A DNA stretch of 63,971 nucleotides, filler included, from Circinaria calcarea (taxonomy: Eukaryota): NCBI GenBank assembly GCA_051942165.1. It is 4 parts of 4 records of this genome, joined end to end, with 100 filler letters (N's around TTAATTAATTAA, not from the genome) between each part and the next. Parts side by side here need not be neighbours in the genome. Positions count along the whole stretch, not along the records: positions 1 to 16,555 come from JAVECS010000316.1; 3 more parts are not named here. One strand, written 5' to 3'. Positions 1 through 10,669 of the stretch are shown one piece after another; positions within the stretch are counted from its first letter, which is position 1; every line of letters begins with the position of its first letter. The position numbers and the translations under genes are program-made. The notes beneath the pieces are model-generated. The model was not told the origin of the DNA. It worked only from the letters and a program-made list of their open reading frames with translations, and made no database searches.

Positions 1-1578
1 CACAGTTCTTTGATCTGTATATTAAGAGAGTTATCCCCCATATCTGCTGCCAGGAGGGCCGGATTCGACATCAACCATGAACTATAATGACGTAGTCCGG
101 GAAGCACGCGGCGAGCAACCAGGGTGATCTTCTCTGAACCGCTGGTGCTGTTCGCTTGATTTACGCCTTCTTCGGTCACGAGGTGCTCAAGTTCAGGTTG
201 GAGGACCTGGAGAAGGGTAAAGAATGTTTTCACATTTAGCCGCTGAAAGAAGAAAAAAGCCTGTAAAACGTCTGCAGATTCTGGTGAAGCTATAGAGGTG
301 TCAGCTTAGCCAACATGAGATGGATCATAGAAGGTACCGACCTTGTAATCGAACTCTAGCAAAATATTGTGCAGCTATGTTTATGAGAATGAACTTATGC
401 AGGGTACCCTCCAGCGATCGCTCTTTCAAGTCAATCGCCAGCTGACTCAGGACCTCATTTTCTAGCTCGTCATGTTCGGCGAACTCTGCGCCTTTGTAGC
501 ACCGTGCATGGAGGCGCATGAACCATCCCAATAGGGCCTTTCCAGGTCCCTGGCCATCCCTCTGCGGGCCACTACTTATCAATTCACCCCTATCCCAAGC
601 AGCCGTGATCTTTTTAAACTCAATTTCGAGATTGCCCTTGGCAGTTGGATGGGGTTCGTCGACAGCTAGAGCACGGTAAAGATGATAAGTTGCTCGTAGA
701 TGATTACCATCAGCAAGAGCTATCACCGCCAACTGATTATGGGAAGCACCAGAGCATGGCCGTATAGACCCAGCTAGGTCGTAGTATCCAACGGCAGGAC
801 TCCAGTTGCGTTCCTTGGTGATTAGCTCCGTCTCACGATATCTAGAAAGATCACCTAAGCGGACCAAGGTTCGATGGCAAGATAAAAGCACTGCATGACG
901 TAGCTCGTCTGATAGCTGGAGCTTTCGGACTGTCTGAGTGGCTGCTATTTCTATATATTAGGCGTGACTGACTACCTATCGAAAGTAGGAGCGAACGTAC
1001 TGTCTGGTTGAAATTTGCCAGCTACAGCCTCGAGTTCTACTATACCACCAAAGTGCGAGGCGAGTCTCTGAATATACGCACGATAGAAGCGCTGACTAGA
1101 CTTGATGAACTCTAGGTATTGTTTCATTGCCTTGCGCTGTTCAACCGGCTTTCTCTTTCCTCCACCCTCGCGGAACTGTGTGGGCAAAACCATCAGTTTG
1201 ACCCGTTGAATAGTTGCCGAATGAACCTCACACTGCTGAGATGCTTGCGGAATTTGCTGTTGAGCTTGCCATGGGCTTCCCATAACTTAGCTTCAACATT
1301 TTTACTCTGCGCAAACTCGATGTCCAAGAATATAAGGGAATCGCAGTTGACACGGTAGCTTAGGCGCATTAGTTGGAGTGGAATAAAAGAGGCTTAAGAC
1401 CTCACTCTATGAGACGAAGGCTGACATATTCGAGTGAATAGCTTTTATCTACAATGGCCCTCTGAAGCTCTTTGTCGGCTTGTTGGTTGAATCTATGCGC
1501 CGTGAGCAACAATACGGTTAACAGTGGGTTGACGCATGACCAGTCCTACCTCCATGCTTGCTCTATCGATCCCGCCAT
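1..1578 (-). CDS. Est1/Ebs1/SMG5-7-type DNA/RNA-binding (TPR-like) protein, multi-exon, 3' end outside the window
   Basis: ATG at 1578 (MAGSIEQAWR, then a GTAGG donor). Downstream exons encode FIKSSQRFYRAYIQRL, CHRTLVRLGDLSRYRE, GYYDLA...P.SGASHNQLAVIA and YHLYRALAV..PHPTAKGNL, which are hallmark Est1-family motifs. Confidence 0.85.
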
Positions 1579-2290
1579 TTTGCGCAAGTGGAAGACGCTG
1601 TTCCAAGAAGACCCCACGGTCAACAACACTGTCAAGTATATAGATGAAGCTCCGGACAGAGGAAGGTGTTGAAGTAATCCATGACCTTAATCTTGGCTCT
1701 GAACGAACCTATCAGGTTAGAGGCGTAAGTTGCAGGTGGAATGTTATATAGTTGTATTGAAAGAGGAACCAGGCAATAGATGGCTAACATAGGTCGCCGC
1801 CGCAAAGAGAATGTTGGGGTTGCACATAAAAGGTGGCGGCAACTGTATTAAACATCACGTGATTTGCTCTCGACGCCCACCTCCCACAATCAAAAATTCG
1901 TGCAACTTTCGGGCTGTCAGCGAGGCTTATGATTCTACCATTTCGTTCCTCTATTTCAAAGGGCAAACTCAATGAAGAATCTATGGAAGCTTCCTATCAC
2001 AGCGAAAGTGTGAGATGGTGAAGAGGAATTACTGCGCTTTGGTTGATCCCCTTTCGAGGTTATCTATCAAATAAGAGTATTACTATACGAAGGCATCAAA
2101 CTCGAGGCAGAAAAGTCTCAGCAGTTTTCGATTAACATCCGGTTGTCTGCAGCTGTCAAGCTTATCAACTCTTGTTATATACCTTGAAATGCCGCCTCTC
2201 TCATCCTCAAGCCTCCATTTCCCTCTACCTATCTATGTCACACTCTTAACCTTCCATTTCTTCCACTGACACAAACACTAACCGACGGCA

Positions 2291-3673
2291 ATGAATATGA
2301 AGCTTGTCTTAGAAGACTTACCCAACGAAATCCTGGTTGCTTGCTTTCAGAACTTGAAGAATTCGAGCAAAAGAGATGACATCAAATCCCTGCGTCTTAC
2401 ATCCAAACTCTGCAATCAAGTTAGCTCCGGATTGCTCTTTGATTTCATACGAGTATATCTCGCGCCCGAGAGTCTCTCCCGATTTGAAAACATGTCTAAA
2501 CACCCAGTTTTCCGCAAGTGCATAAGTCAAGTGGAGGTGGATGTACCTTTCTATGATTATGCTCTGCCGGAAAACAGGCCTACCTATGGACACTATTGTC
2601 AAAATCGTATGATGCAGAGATTCATAGGTTTTCGCGATCCAGCGAAGATTAAGGCGTCCGGCCGCAATTACTCGACCACATACCGTATGCACGAAGAGTG
2701 GAGACGTTTTGGGAATGAAAAGGAGGAAACGACGGAGACGTTACCAAGTCTGACTTTTCTAGAGAATCTATATCAGGAGTACTGCCGATGCTACGCAGCA
2801 CAACAACTTGCAAAAGTCGATGGCCAGCACCTTCGTATCATAGTCGAAGGGCTTCTGCGTATGCCTATGGCAAGATCTATCAATCTGAATGATCAAGGTC
2901 AATCCTACGAAGAATCGGAAACGTCCTTCTCCGATGAAGCCATTACTTATTGGTGTCTTCGAAGAATGTCCTGGAACAACGCTGTCTGCGTACCTCCCAT
3001 TGAGATTCTCCCCGAGCTATTCACGGCTCTTTCAACAGCCGGGAGTTATCCTACCAGTTTCAAGGTCGACTTAACCACTCCACATGATCTGTCAATACTA
3101 CAATTGTCCGTAGATACTCAAGACCATATCCGTCGTGCCCTCTCGCAATCCCAACATCTCGTCTGTGACTTCAGACGATGGCCCCATCAAGGTGTTATTA
3201 GGCACGAAATGGCTCAGCTTGGCTCCTTAATTAAGGCTTATTTCTCGGCTATCAATCTCCAGTCCTTAGACCTGAGCTTCAATGATGACCCCTCTTGCGA
3301 GATTCCCACCTTCTCATTCACTGACGTGCTTCCTGTCAAGGCTTGGCCCTATCTGAGGACAGTCTCACTGCGCCACGTTCCTTGTCACGAACGTGATTTG
3401 GAGGCTTTTGTGGATCGCCAACAAGCGAGTGTTAGACATCTCACAATGGATGAGATCCATTTATTAACCGGTACGTGGCACAACTGTTTGGACAATCTGA
3501 GGCGCTTTTCGAAGTTGGAAGATGTGGTGTTATCATGGCCCATCGGTGGAGAGTTTGGAGATGATTATTGGCAGCTTAAGTCGCGTCCCAGTGAGGAGGC
3601 GCTTGTTGGCTATATCCTTCATGGTGGACGGAATCCCTTGGAAGGTTGGTTAGAGAATACAGACAGATTATGA
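2291..3673 (+). CDS. F-box domain protein with LRR-like C-terminus (intronless, 460 aa)
   Basis: N-terminal LEDLPNEILVACFQNL...IKSLRLTSK F-box pattern. The C-terminal WPYLRTVSL/VRHLTMDEIHL..GTW repeats are typical of fungal F-box/LRR proteins. Confidence 0.75.
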   Translation: MNMKLVLEDLPNEILVACFQNLKNSSKRDDIKSLRLTSKLCNQVSSGLLFDFIRVYLAPESLSRFENMSKHPVFRKCISQVEVDVPFYDYALPENRPTYGHYCQNRMMQRFIGFRDPAKIKASGRNYSTTYRMHEEWRRFGNEKEETTETLPSLTFLENLYQEYCRCYAAQQLAKVDGQHLRIIVEGLLRMPMARSINLNDQGQSYEESETSFSDEAITYWCLRRMSWNNAVCVPPIEILPELFTALSTAGSYPTSFKVDLTTPHDLSILQLSVDTQDHIRRALSQSQHLVCDFRRWPHQGVIRHEMAQLGSLIKAYFSAINLQSLDLSFNDDPSCEIPTFSFTDVLPVKAWPYLRTVSLRHVPCHERDLEAFVDRQQASVRHLTMDEIHLLTGTWHNCLDNLRRFSKLEDVVLSWPIGGEFGDDYWQLKSRPSEEALVGYILHGGRNPLEGWLENTDRL

Positions 3674-4232
3674 ATTTCAATATAGAGCGATGAGACTCAG
3701 GGCTCCTTGCTTTCATAGCTTCGTGGTCTATTGACGTTATAGAATACACCTGGAAATTGCAATTAGATACAATGTGTGCTACCTAACCCTTAACCAAATC
3801 AATCACCCCTTGATAAGGTAGCTGCTGTATCACGCCTCCATCATTGACTGCGTCCTCTTGCCTCTCGTGGAGACTCATCTGGCTGCCGAGGTGAATCCAG
3901 TTTGCTACAGGCATACATAGTACAGATAATTCACCCTGCAGAGCGGCTAAAAACATCACGTAAGGTATCTTTCCAAAACAACAACCTACCATGAGCTTTA
4001 CCCCACACTAGATGAGTAAGATAGACATACAGTGCCACCCATCCTCCCCTCCAACGCCAGATTATTTCCAAGCTGTACTCACGGTTTTGGTATAGAACAT
4101 GGGTACATAATCCCGAATTTTCGAAATTTTAGCATTCCGGCACTCGATAAAATCCGTGAATTTGCTTTCTCACAGCAAAGGATATGAACAGAGGATCAAG
4201 CAAGTAATTATCCCACCGCTACATCATGCGCT

Positions 4233-5173
4233 ATGGCAAAACACTCACGAGAAGACTCCGTCTCCTGCTCCGACAGCGACCTCTCAGCCGACGTTCAGCC
4301 AAGGAGCTCTAAATATACTCAAATATCCAGCGAAGAGCTCCCAGCACACGTAATGGAATGCTCCCTGCCGCCCCATCAGCCGTTGTCTTTTACTACCTAC
4401 GCAGACTATGAAATACACTATGCTCAAGTTCATACCAATCGATGCTCGGAGTGTAGAAAGAACTTCCCAACAGAGCATTTCCTCAATCTCCACATAGGCG
4501 AAAACCATGATCCTCTGAATGATGCTCTAAAGGCAAGGGGAGAAAAGACGGTATCGTATCGCCAGCAGTCCGAGTCAGTCTGACATCACACTAAGTCTCT
4601 TCCATAGTACCACTGCTTCGTCTCAGACTGCGATAAGATTTGCTCTACTCCGCAAAAGCGTCGGATGCACCTCATCGATAAACATCTGTTCCCTAAGGTG
4701 AAGTAGTATCTGTGATTCATATCATTTTATCGTTGCTAATTTCATACTTGCAGAATTATGATTTCTTCATAGTCAACGACGGTATCGACAAGCGTAGCTC
4801 TATGCTTCGTGTTCGTTCTACACACCGTCGCAGGCGTAGCTCGGCCGCGTCTAGAGCAATGCATCGAGATTCACATGCTCAACAACACCGGGCTTCAGTC
4901 CCTCTTGTTGCCGGTATTGATGAGCGACCTGATAAAGAACCCGTGGATGACGAGCCCAGCTCCAGCCAAGCTTCGAAGGCGGTGCCGAATGCTAGCTCGA
5001 GACCTTTACCAAATAGATATAATGGTGAGGCTTCACCGTCCCGAAGCCTGGATGAAGCTCCTGTTGACGATGTCATGGAGTCTTTAACCTCCGGTTTGTC
5101 ATCACTTAAGTTTATCCCGCCAAGTGTCCGGTTTGGTCGCGGAGGCCGAAGGGGAGGATTTGCTAAGAGTTGA
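4233..5173 (+). CDS. C2H2 zinc-finger protein, ZNF511-like; exons 4233-4550, 4608-4697, 4754-5173
   Basis: Fingers CSLPPH...H..QVH, CSECRKNFPTEHFLNLHIGENHDP and CFVSDCDKICSTPQKRRMHLIDKHLFPK. The GT-AG introns 4551-4607 and 4698-4753 join in frame. C-terminal FIPPSVRFGR motif. Confidence 0.85.
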
Positions 5174-7314
5174 AAGCCTATCACATTATTCTCTATGAGA
5201 AAGTGGTCAGGTTTGACTTTGGTTCATATGTTACTTCCGATTGCCATGTAAGATTCTGCGATCTCCCACGACTCCTTAGTCGTTTGTTCACTACACCTTA
5301 AACATATGTCTCCTACAGACCGGCCGTCAGCTTAACATCATTTTTGGATTATCATGCTTGATCCATCTTTGGGATATCGTAGTATCAGACGTGAGGAGAC
5401 CGTCAAGTCAAAAGGTACTCTTACGAATAAGGGAGTTAGTCGAGTTGTTTAAACGCTACTTAAGACGAGAGTTCGGTGTTTAGAAACAAGTGTGAAGCAA
5501 GCCATTCTTCTGTTCCTTTCAATCCCCCCAAATTGGTCACTCGTTAAACTATGCTTTGACCCTGACAGCATCTGCCTTCCTTAGTACTCACTACCTCAAT
5601 CCCATGAATGCTCGCCTTATTTTACCTTCGTACTACCGCCTACCGCATGTTCGACGCCATTTTGAATTGCGTACATCCGGTTGTTATCCTAAGTTCCCTC
5701 GACAGATCCAATTCTGCCGCTACTAGGCAGCAGATGTTTGAAGATTGCACCTGCTCGGAATTTTATGCATTGGGCGACATTGTGGGCAAGGAGAGGAGGG
5801 AGATGAGCAGTGATATGACGGCCGAAGAGAATCCCGATGAAAAGGGGGTATGGTCCTACCTGACGACTATGATCAGCGGACATTAGTCCTCCCCAGCCGA
5901 CTTATCAATGCCTTGAAAGTCACACATGGCCACCTGATTAGATCAGTCCCTCTACCACAATCATCATTTGCCAAGGAGACAAACTCGCTACGGTCCGAAC
6001 CCGAATGTAGACTGCTCTCCGGAGAGTCATCATCGCTGGCCAAGTATATCAACCCTCTCGATCGGTTGTCGAGAAGCACCCTGCTGACTTTTGCCTTTTC
6101 AGGGAGTGGTGGACCAGTACATTAGCCGTGGATTGTGCAGCGCTGAACAAATTGCAGCGTTGCAGGTGGCGCAGGCGAAGCTTGCGGAGGAGAACGCTGC
6201 CACGGTCCTCGCACTTGCAGACAAGATTTTGGCGTGCGCGCTCTGATTGCTTGTCGAGGTTTGGCTGATATGGAGTGGAGATTATGATCGGCTTGAATCT
6301 TTTTTTTTTTTTTTTTTTTTTAGAAAAAAGGGCCCCTGATCTCCGCCGTCAATTCTTTTATTTTGGAAGCATCTTAGTCCCCCCCCGTCTTAGTTCCGGT
6401 TTACTTTGAATATTATTTGGCTGCAATCGTATCGCTCTCTTATAAACCTCTTACAAAGGCTCCACCTGGAGCACTTTGCCATTTTAATGCCTCAACTTTC
6501 CCCACGACATAATTACTCCCGAACCCCCCTTTTCATAAAAATGCAGTCCCTATCCCTCCGGGCCGCTGATCGCTGATCCAGCAAGCCGTGCATATTGTTG
6601 GAATAGGTATGACATACAGGTAATAGTAATCGTATTGTATGAAGATCTATCTATTCTATATGGGCATTAAAGCAGTGTATATAGCAAGATATAAATAGTA
6701 ACACATAGAAAGCATATACCACTCCGCCAACACAGTAAACATAGGTTCGCTAAATCCATGGCTCAACAAGCCCCTTTTCCCCTTTGCGTGCTATCTAATA
6801 AATATATATATTAAACTCTTCGGGTCTTTAAATACTCGCGATAAAGTCTATTAATTGGCGCTGAGTCACATCTCTATTTACGTATGCACAATGCGTTGAA
6901 TGAGGCAGTTCATATGTAGTGATTTGAATGCAATTCGTGTTCATTCAGAATCTATGGAGAGTCTGCGGTTCTATGGAGAGAAAAATAGCGCTTTTATGTG
7001 TATGACGCGAAGGCGCTAGTGTCCTGTTTACTGAATTCCCAGGTCTGAACCGGCGAGTTCACGTGTTAGTGCCAAGTTCGACAATACTGTTTATAGCTAC
7101 GCAATTGCTATGGCCTATACCTTAAATTCATATAGTAACCATGGGAGGAGGCCTACTAGTATGAAAATTCAACATATTGAGTTGCGTGTCAGAGGGTAAG
7201 TGGGCAGGGTGTCAAGCTGCCTTGATGAGTTCGTTTGGACTGCTTGTTTGTAAACGTCTATAGGGCTAATAATATCAAGTGCTTGACGTCTTGAGAATGC
7301 CGTACATGTCTTAT

Positions 7315-9479
7315 TCAAGATGGATGTTGAGTAGTGCGGATTGAAAGATACAATATAGAAACAACAGCAAGAGCTATAGCCGCCATAGGATCGCGCACAG
7401 ATCTCCATTCCGGGAAAGAAAAGATGAGAATTCCTAGCGTTATCAAGTTGCCCCAAAGCCGTACTGGGGATAATGCAATATGTTTGGTATCGGATCTCTT
7501 ACCTGTGCTGGAGCTTTGGTAAAGTGGGTTTCCTTTGTGTGAATCCGTTCCAGATTTTGCTGCTAATTCAAGACCTGCCAGAGATTCACGAAGCACAGTT
7601 GCCTTCAGTCCACGAGCCAAATCCGAGGGCATGTTTCCGTTTTCGTCCGGTGACAGAAGGATTTCACTGTCCCCTAAAGCCACTATTTTTCTGGCTGCTG
7701 CCAAATTCCCCCACCTCGCAGCACAATGTAACACAGTCTGAGATGAGTTGTCCTTGGCATGAAGATCTTCACCATTAGCATGGAGCAGGTCAATAGTCTC
7801 CAATCTCTTGCTTTGCACCGCATAATGAAGAGCCGTACGCCCTTTATTATCTGCCCTCTGAACCTCAGTTGAGCTGGCTCTTTCAAGAAGGTATCGAAGA
7901 AGGCTAACATTCCCCCTGGATGCGGCAAGATGTAGACAAGTCCTTCCGAAGCCATCCACGGACCACAAGTCGGCAGAATCATGTGCAATGCCTCGTTCGA
8001 ATAGCTCGGGGGTGCTCTTGCTGCTCCATGCTAGAAAATGAGTAATCGACATTCCCTGAGAATCTGGAAATGTGACCTCGATCCAGTCATCCCGCAAAAG
8101 GACCTTTTCGACGGTGTCACTGAAAAACGTGTGCAATGGGGTCCTACCGTCGACCGTGTTATTTGCAAGATCCGCGCCATTCTCAATTAGCAGTCTCACA
8201 GTATCGTAGTTGCCTTTCCTAGCCATCGCCCAATGGAGTGGTGTGTCTCCGTCTCCATCTTGAGCGTTCAAGTCTCCACCTTCCTGGATGAGCAATCGTA
8301 TTAGCTCAATGTTCCTGGTCTTAGAAGCCAAATGTAGCAGCGTGGTGCCGTGGATTGTAACATCCCTTGATGTTGCTCTGCCGGCACCGAGCATACGTTG
8401 TACACCCTCTACTGACCCCTCTTCTACGCATCGCATAATTTCTGCGCTTCGAGGAATGGTCCTAGGGCAGTCGATATCCCAATAGAAAGTGAGTCTCACT
8501 CGGGATAGGAAGGACGCTTGAACCAGGTACAGAGCTATATCAAGTCTTCTACGGCAAAGCTTTGATAAACTCAATGACAAACCAAGCCCAAATCCGGTTT
8601 GACGATAATGCGGTGGGAATCGGGCTTGTTGCTTTCTGTTCAAGTTCGGCATGATGGCCGGACCCAGCCGAAGTGCAAAGTCACAGAATAGGAAGCTCCA
8701 CCGTTGTATAAATGTGACTCTGATTGAAGATGATGGTGAAAACGATGCTGGAACACCAAGGATAGCAACATCGCTGGACTTGGCACAATGGCCGAGGGGT
8801 CCTGGAGAATGGGGTGTTCCAGTTGCCGGGTATTCGTAAAAAGGTAATGACTGAGATAGTCGCGGCGCCCCAGCTACACTTGAGGAAGACGGCGCCAAAG
8901 CTGAGGCTGTTATCACCGACTCTGGCGGAACCATCGACGGTGTTGGAGATCCGTTGATGGTCCTGCAATCTAACCTTAGCCCTTATGACTTTCCGAGTCT
9001 CCTTGAACCCCAGGTGGAACTTACGTCAGCAGCATGAGAAGTTCTAGAAAGAATTCATTTTGATATAATTTGACTTTCTCCAGAAACTTCCTTGTTTCTT
9101 GCTCTCCAATTAGCAGCCATCTTACCCTCTCCCATGATCTCCTTGCTTTGCCATCCCAGTCACGTTTACAGCTCTTTTTTACGCCAAATCTGGCATCAAT
9201 CTTGCCTATCTTGACCTCAAAGGTTTTCAAGTCGTTCAAGCACTGATTGAGCCTATGGCAGAAATGCGTCGAGAACTTATACTTCGGATCTAGCTCCGTG
9301 CCACTTTGTTGAAGGTTGGTCATGGTTATATGTAACGAGTCTAATGCTAACAAGGACTCATGTACATTGGCTGGCATAGACGCGATCCCACGAAAAAATT
9401 TGAACATAGTTCTGCTGGACTCAGCAACAAAACTGACCACGGCTAGGACTGACGCGGTGGTGGAAAGAGGTTCGGCCAT
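7315..9479 (-). CDS. HeLo-like (fungal STAND N-terminal-type) domain + ankyrin repeats + C-terminal TM helices, ~700 aa; exons 9479-9025, 8962-7315
   Basis: The N-terminus MAEPLSTTASVLAVVSF...WERVRWLL...FLEKVKLYQ is typical of fungal HeLo-like/SesA-class N-terminal domains. The intron GTAAGT...GCTAAG...TGCAG (9024-8963) restores the frame. Multiple G.TxLHxA ankyrin repeats, then a hydrophobic C-terminus (LITLGILIF, AIALAVVSILYL). Confidence 0.8.
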
Positions 9480-10113
9480 GCTGGCGCTTCCTACTTCAAA
9501 GATTCCAATAATGCAAGTGGAGTGGAAAGCAACCGTTCGAAAAGAGCAATCCAAAACTCAATAGGGCTACAGTAGGCAGCACCGCATATATGTTGTGATC
9601 TCAAGCTATAGCCTGAGTCCAATTTTATAGAGGCTATGCTATTGCAAAGAGTAAGGCTTAGCAACGACGTCTACTTCCCGATCAAGGCCTCCAATAGTAC
9701 AGTCAGTGCAGTGCAGAGCTTCACCCTGTCAAGGCAGTCCAGTGCAGAGCCCATGCTGTACTGCACCAGCTAGTGGAGGTCTTACTTTTCATATTAGTTC
9801 CGAGTCGATGTGTCGTTCAGTTCGACTGTTATCACGTCTGTACACAGCCACTATTGTACAGGGGGAATCTAGGGCTGTGTACCAAAGTATAAACAACGTC
9901 GTACAAGATGCGGGGTATGCCGGCAGGCAGAGCGTCCCTTTCCTTTCTCAAATCCTTCCTACTTCATTCAAGATAGTATGTACACTCCTGGTGAAGCCTC
10001 ACTGCAGCCACTCTGTTAATATTCTGTGGACTATTTTCGCAACGACGTTGTTCCAGGAAAGTGTCAGCGCATACCCATTGGATCAGTAACAGCTCGCGGT
10101 CAGCCTATGAGAG

Positions 10114-10463
10114 ATGCCCTCAAGCGCAAACCCTCCAGCAGGCTCCACTGAGGAAACAACCTACACTATATCAGACGGAGTGTACTACTTCCGAAGCGGT
10201 ATGTGCCCGAGTCTTTGCCACCTGAAATGCACCTTCATTTCGCTCTTAGCTGAAGTCTTCCATTATATACAGGAAAGTGGCGGCGTGGGGAGATCAGAGG
10301 CGAAGGAGGCAGCAGCGATACCTCTAAAAGATATTTGGTAAGGCCCTTCCTGCACTTAAGTGGTTGATAACCATCACTCATAGCATTGATACAGGTTAAG
10401 GATATCGATAAAGGCGAAGAATACATAGCGGACATACATGATATTCGAAAAATTCCTGCATAA
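10114..10463 (+). CDS. 72-aa Tudor/SH3-fold microprotein; exons 10114-10198, 10273-10337, 10395-10463
   Basis: Introns GTATGT...TACAG (10199-10272) and GTAAGG...TACAG (10338-10394) give the open frame MPSSANPPAGSTEETTYTISDGVYYFRSGKWRRGEIRGEGGSSDTSKRYLVKDIDKGEEYIADIHDIRKIPA*. This resembles the Tudor consensus (G.WxRa.I ... V.fvDyG..e.v...dIr.lp). Confidence 0.65.
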
Positions 10464-10669
10464 TCGACCTTTAGCGACTCACTACGGCTTAAGAAAAAGG
10501 CACACCCGACTACAGCACCTTCCACTTACAACTCCTGGGCTAAAAGGTTTACCATTTTGCCTCCTTCCGCGGTTGTGTGTCTTTCGTTCACACTCGTCTT
10601 GGATAGAATATACTTCACCCCTGAAAATTACTCCAGTAGCCTTCATCCGGACAACTGATATAGCCCAAG

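Noticed and set aside
5600..6420. Short ORFs followed by a ~22-nt poly-T and CTTAGTCCCC/CTTAGTTCC motifs
   Set aside because: No recognisable protein motif, target-site duplication or reverse-transcriptase remnant, so a retro-element call is unsupported.
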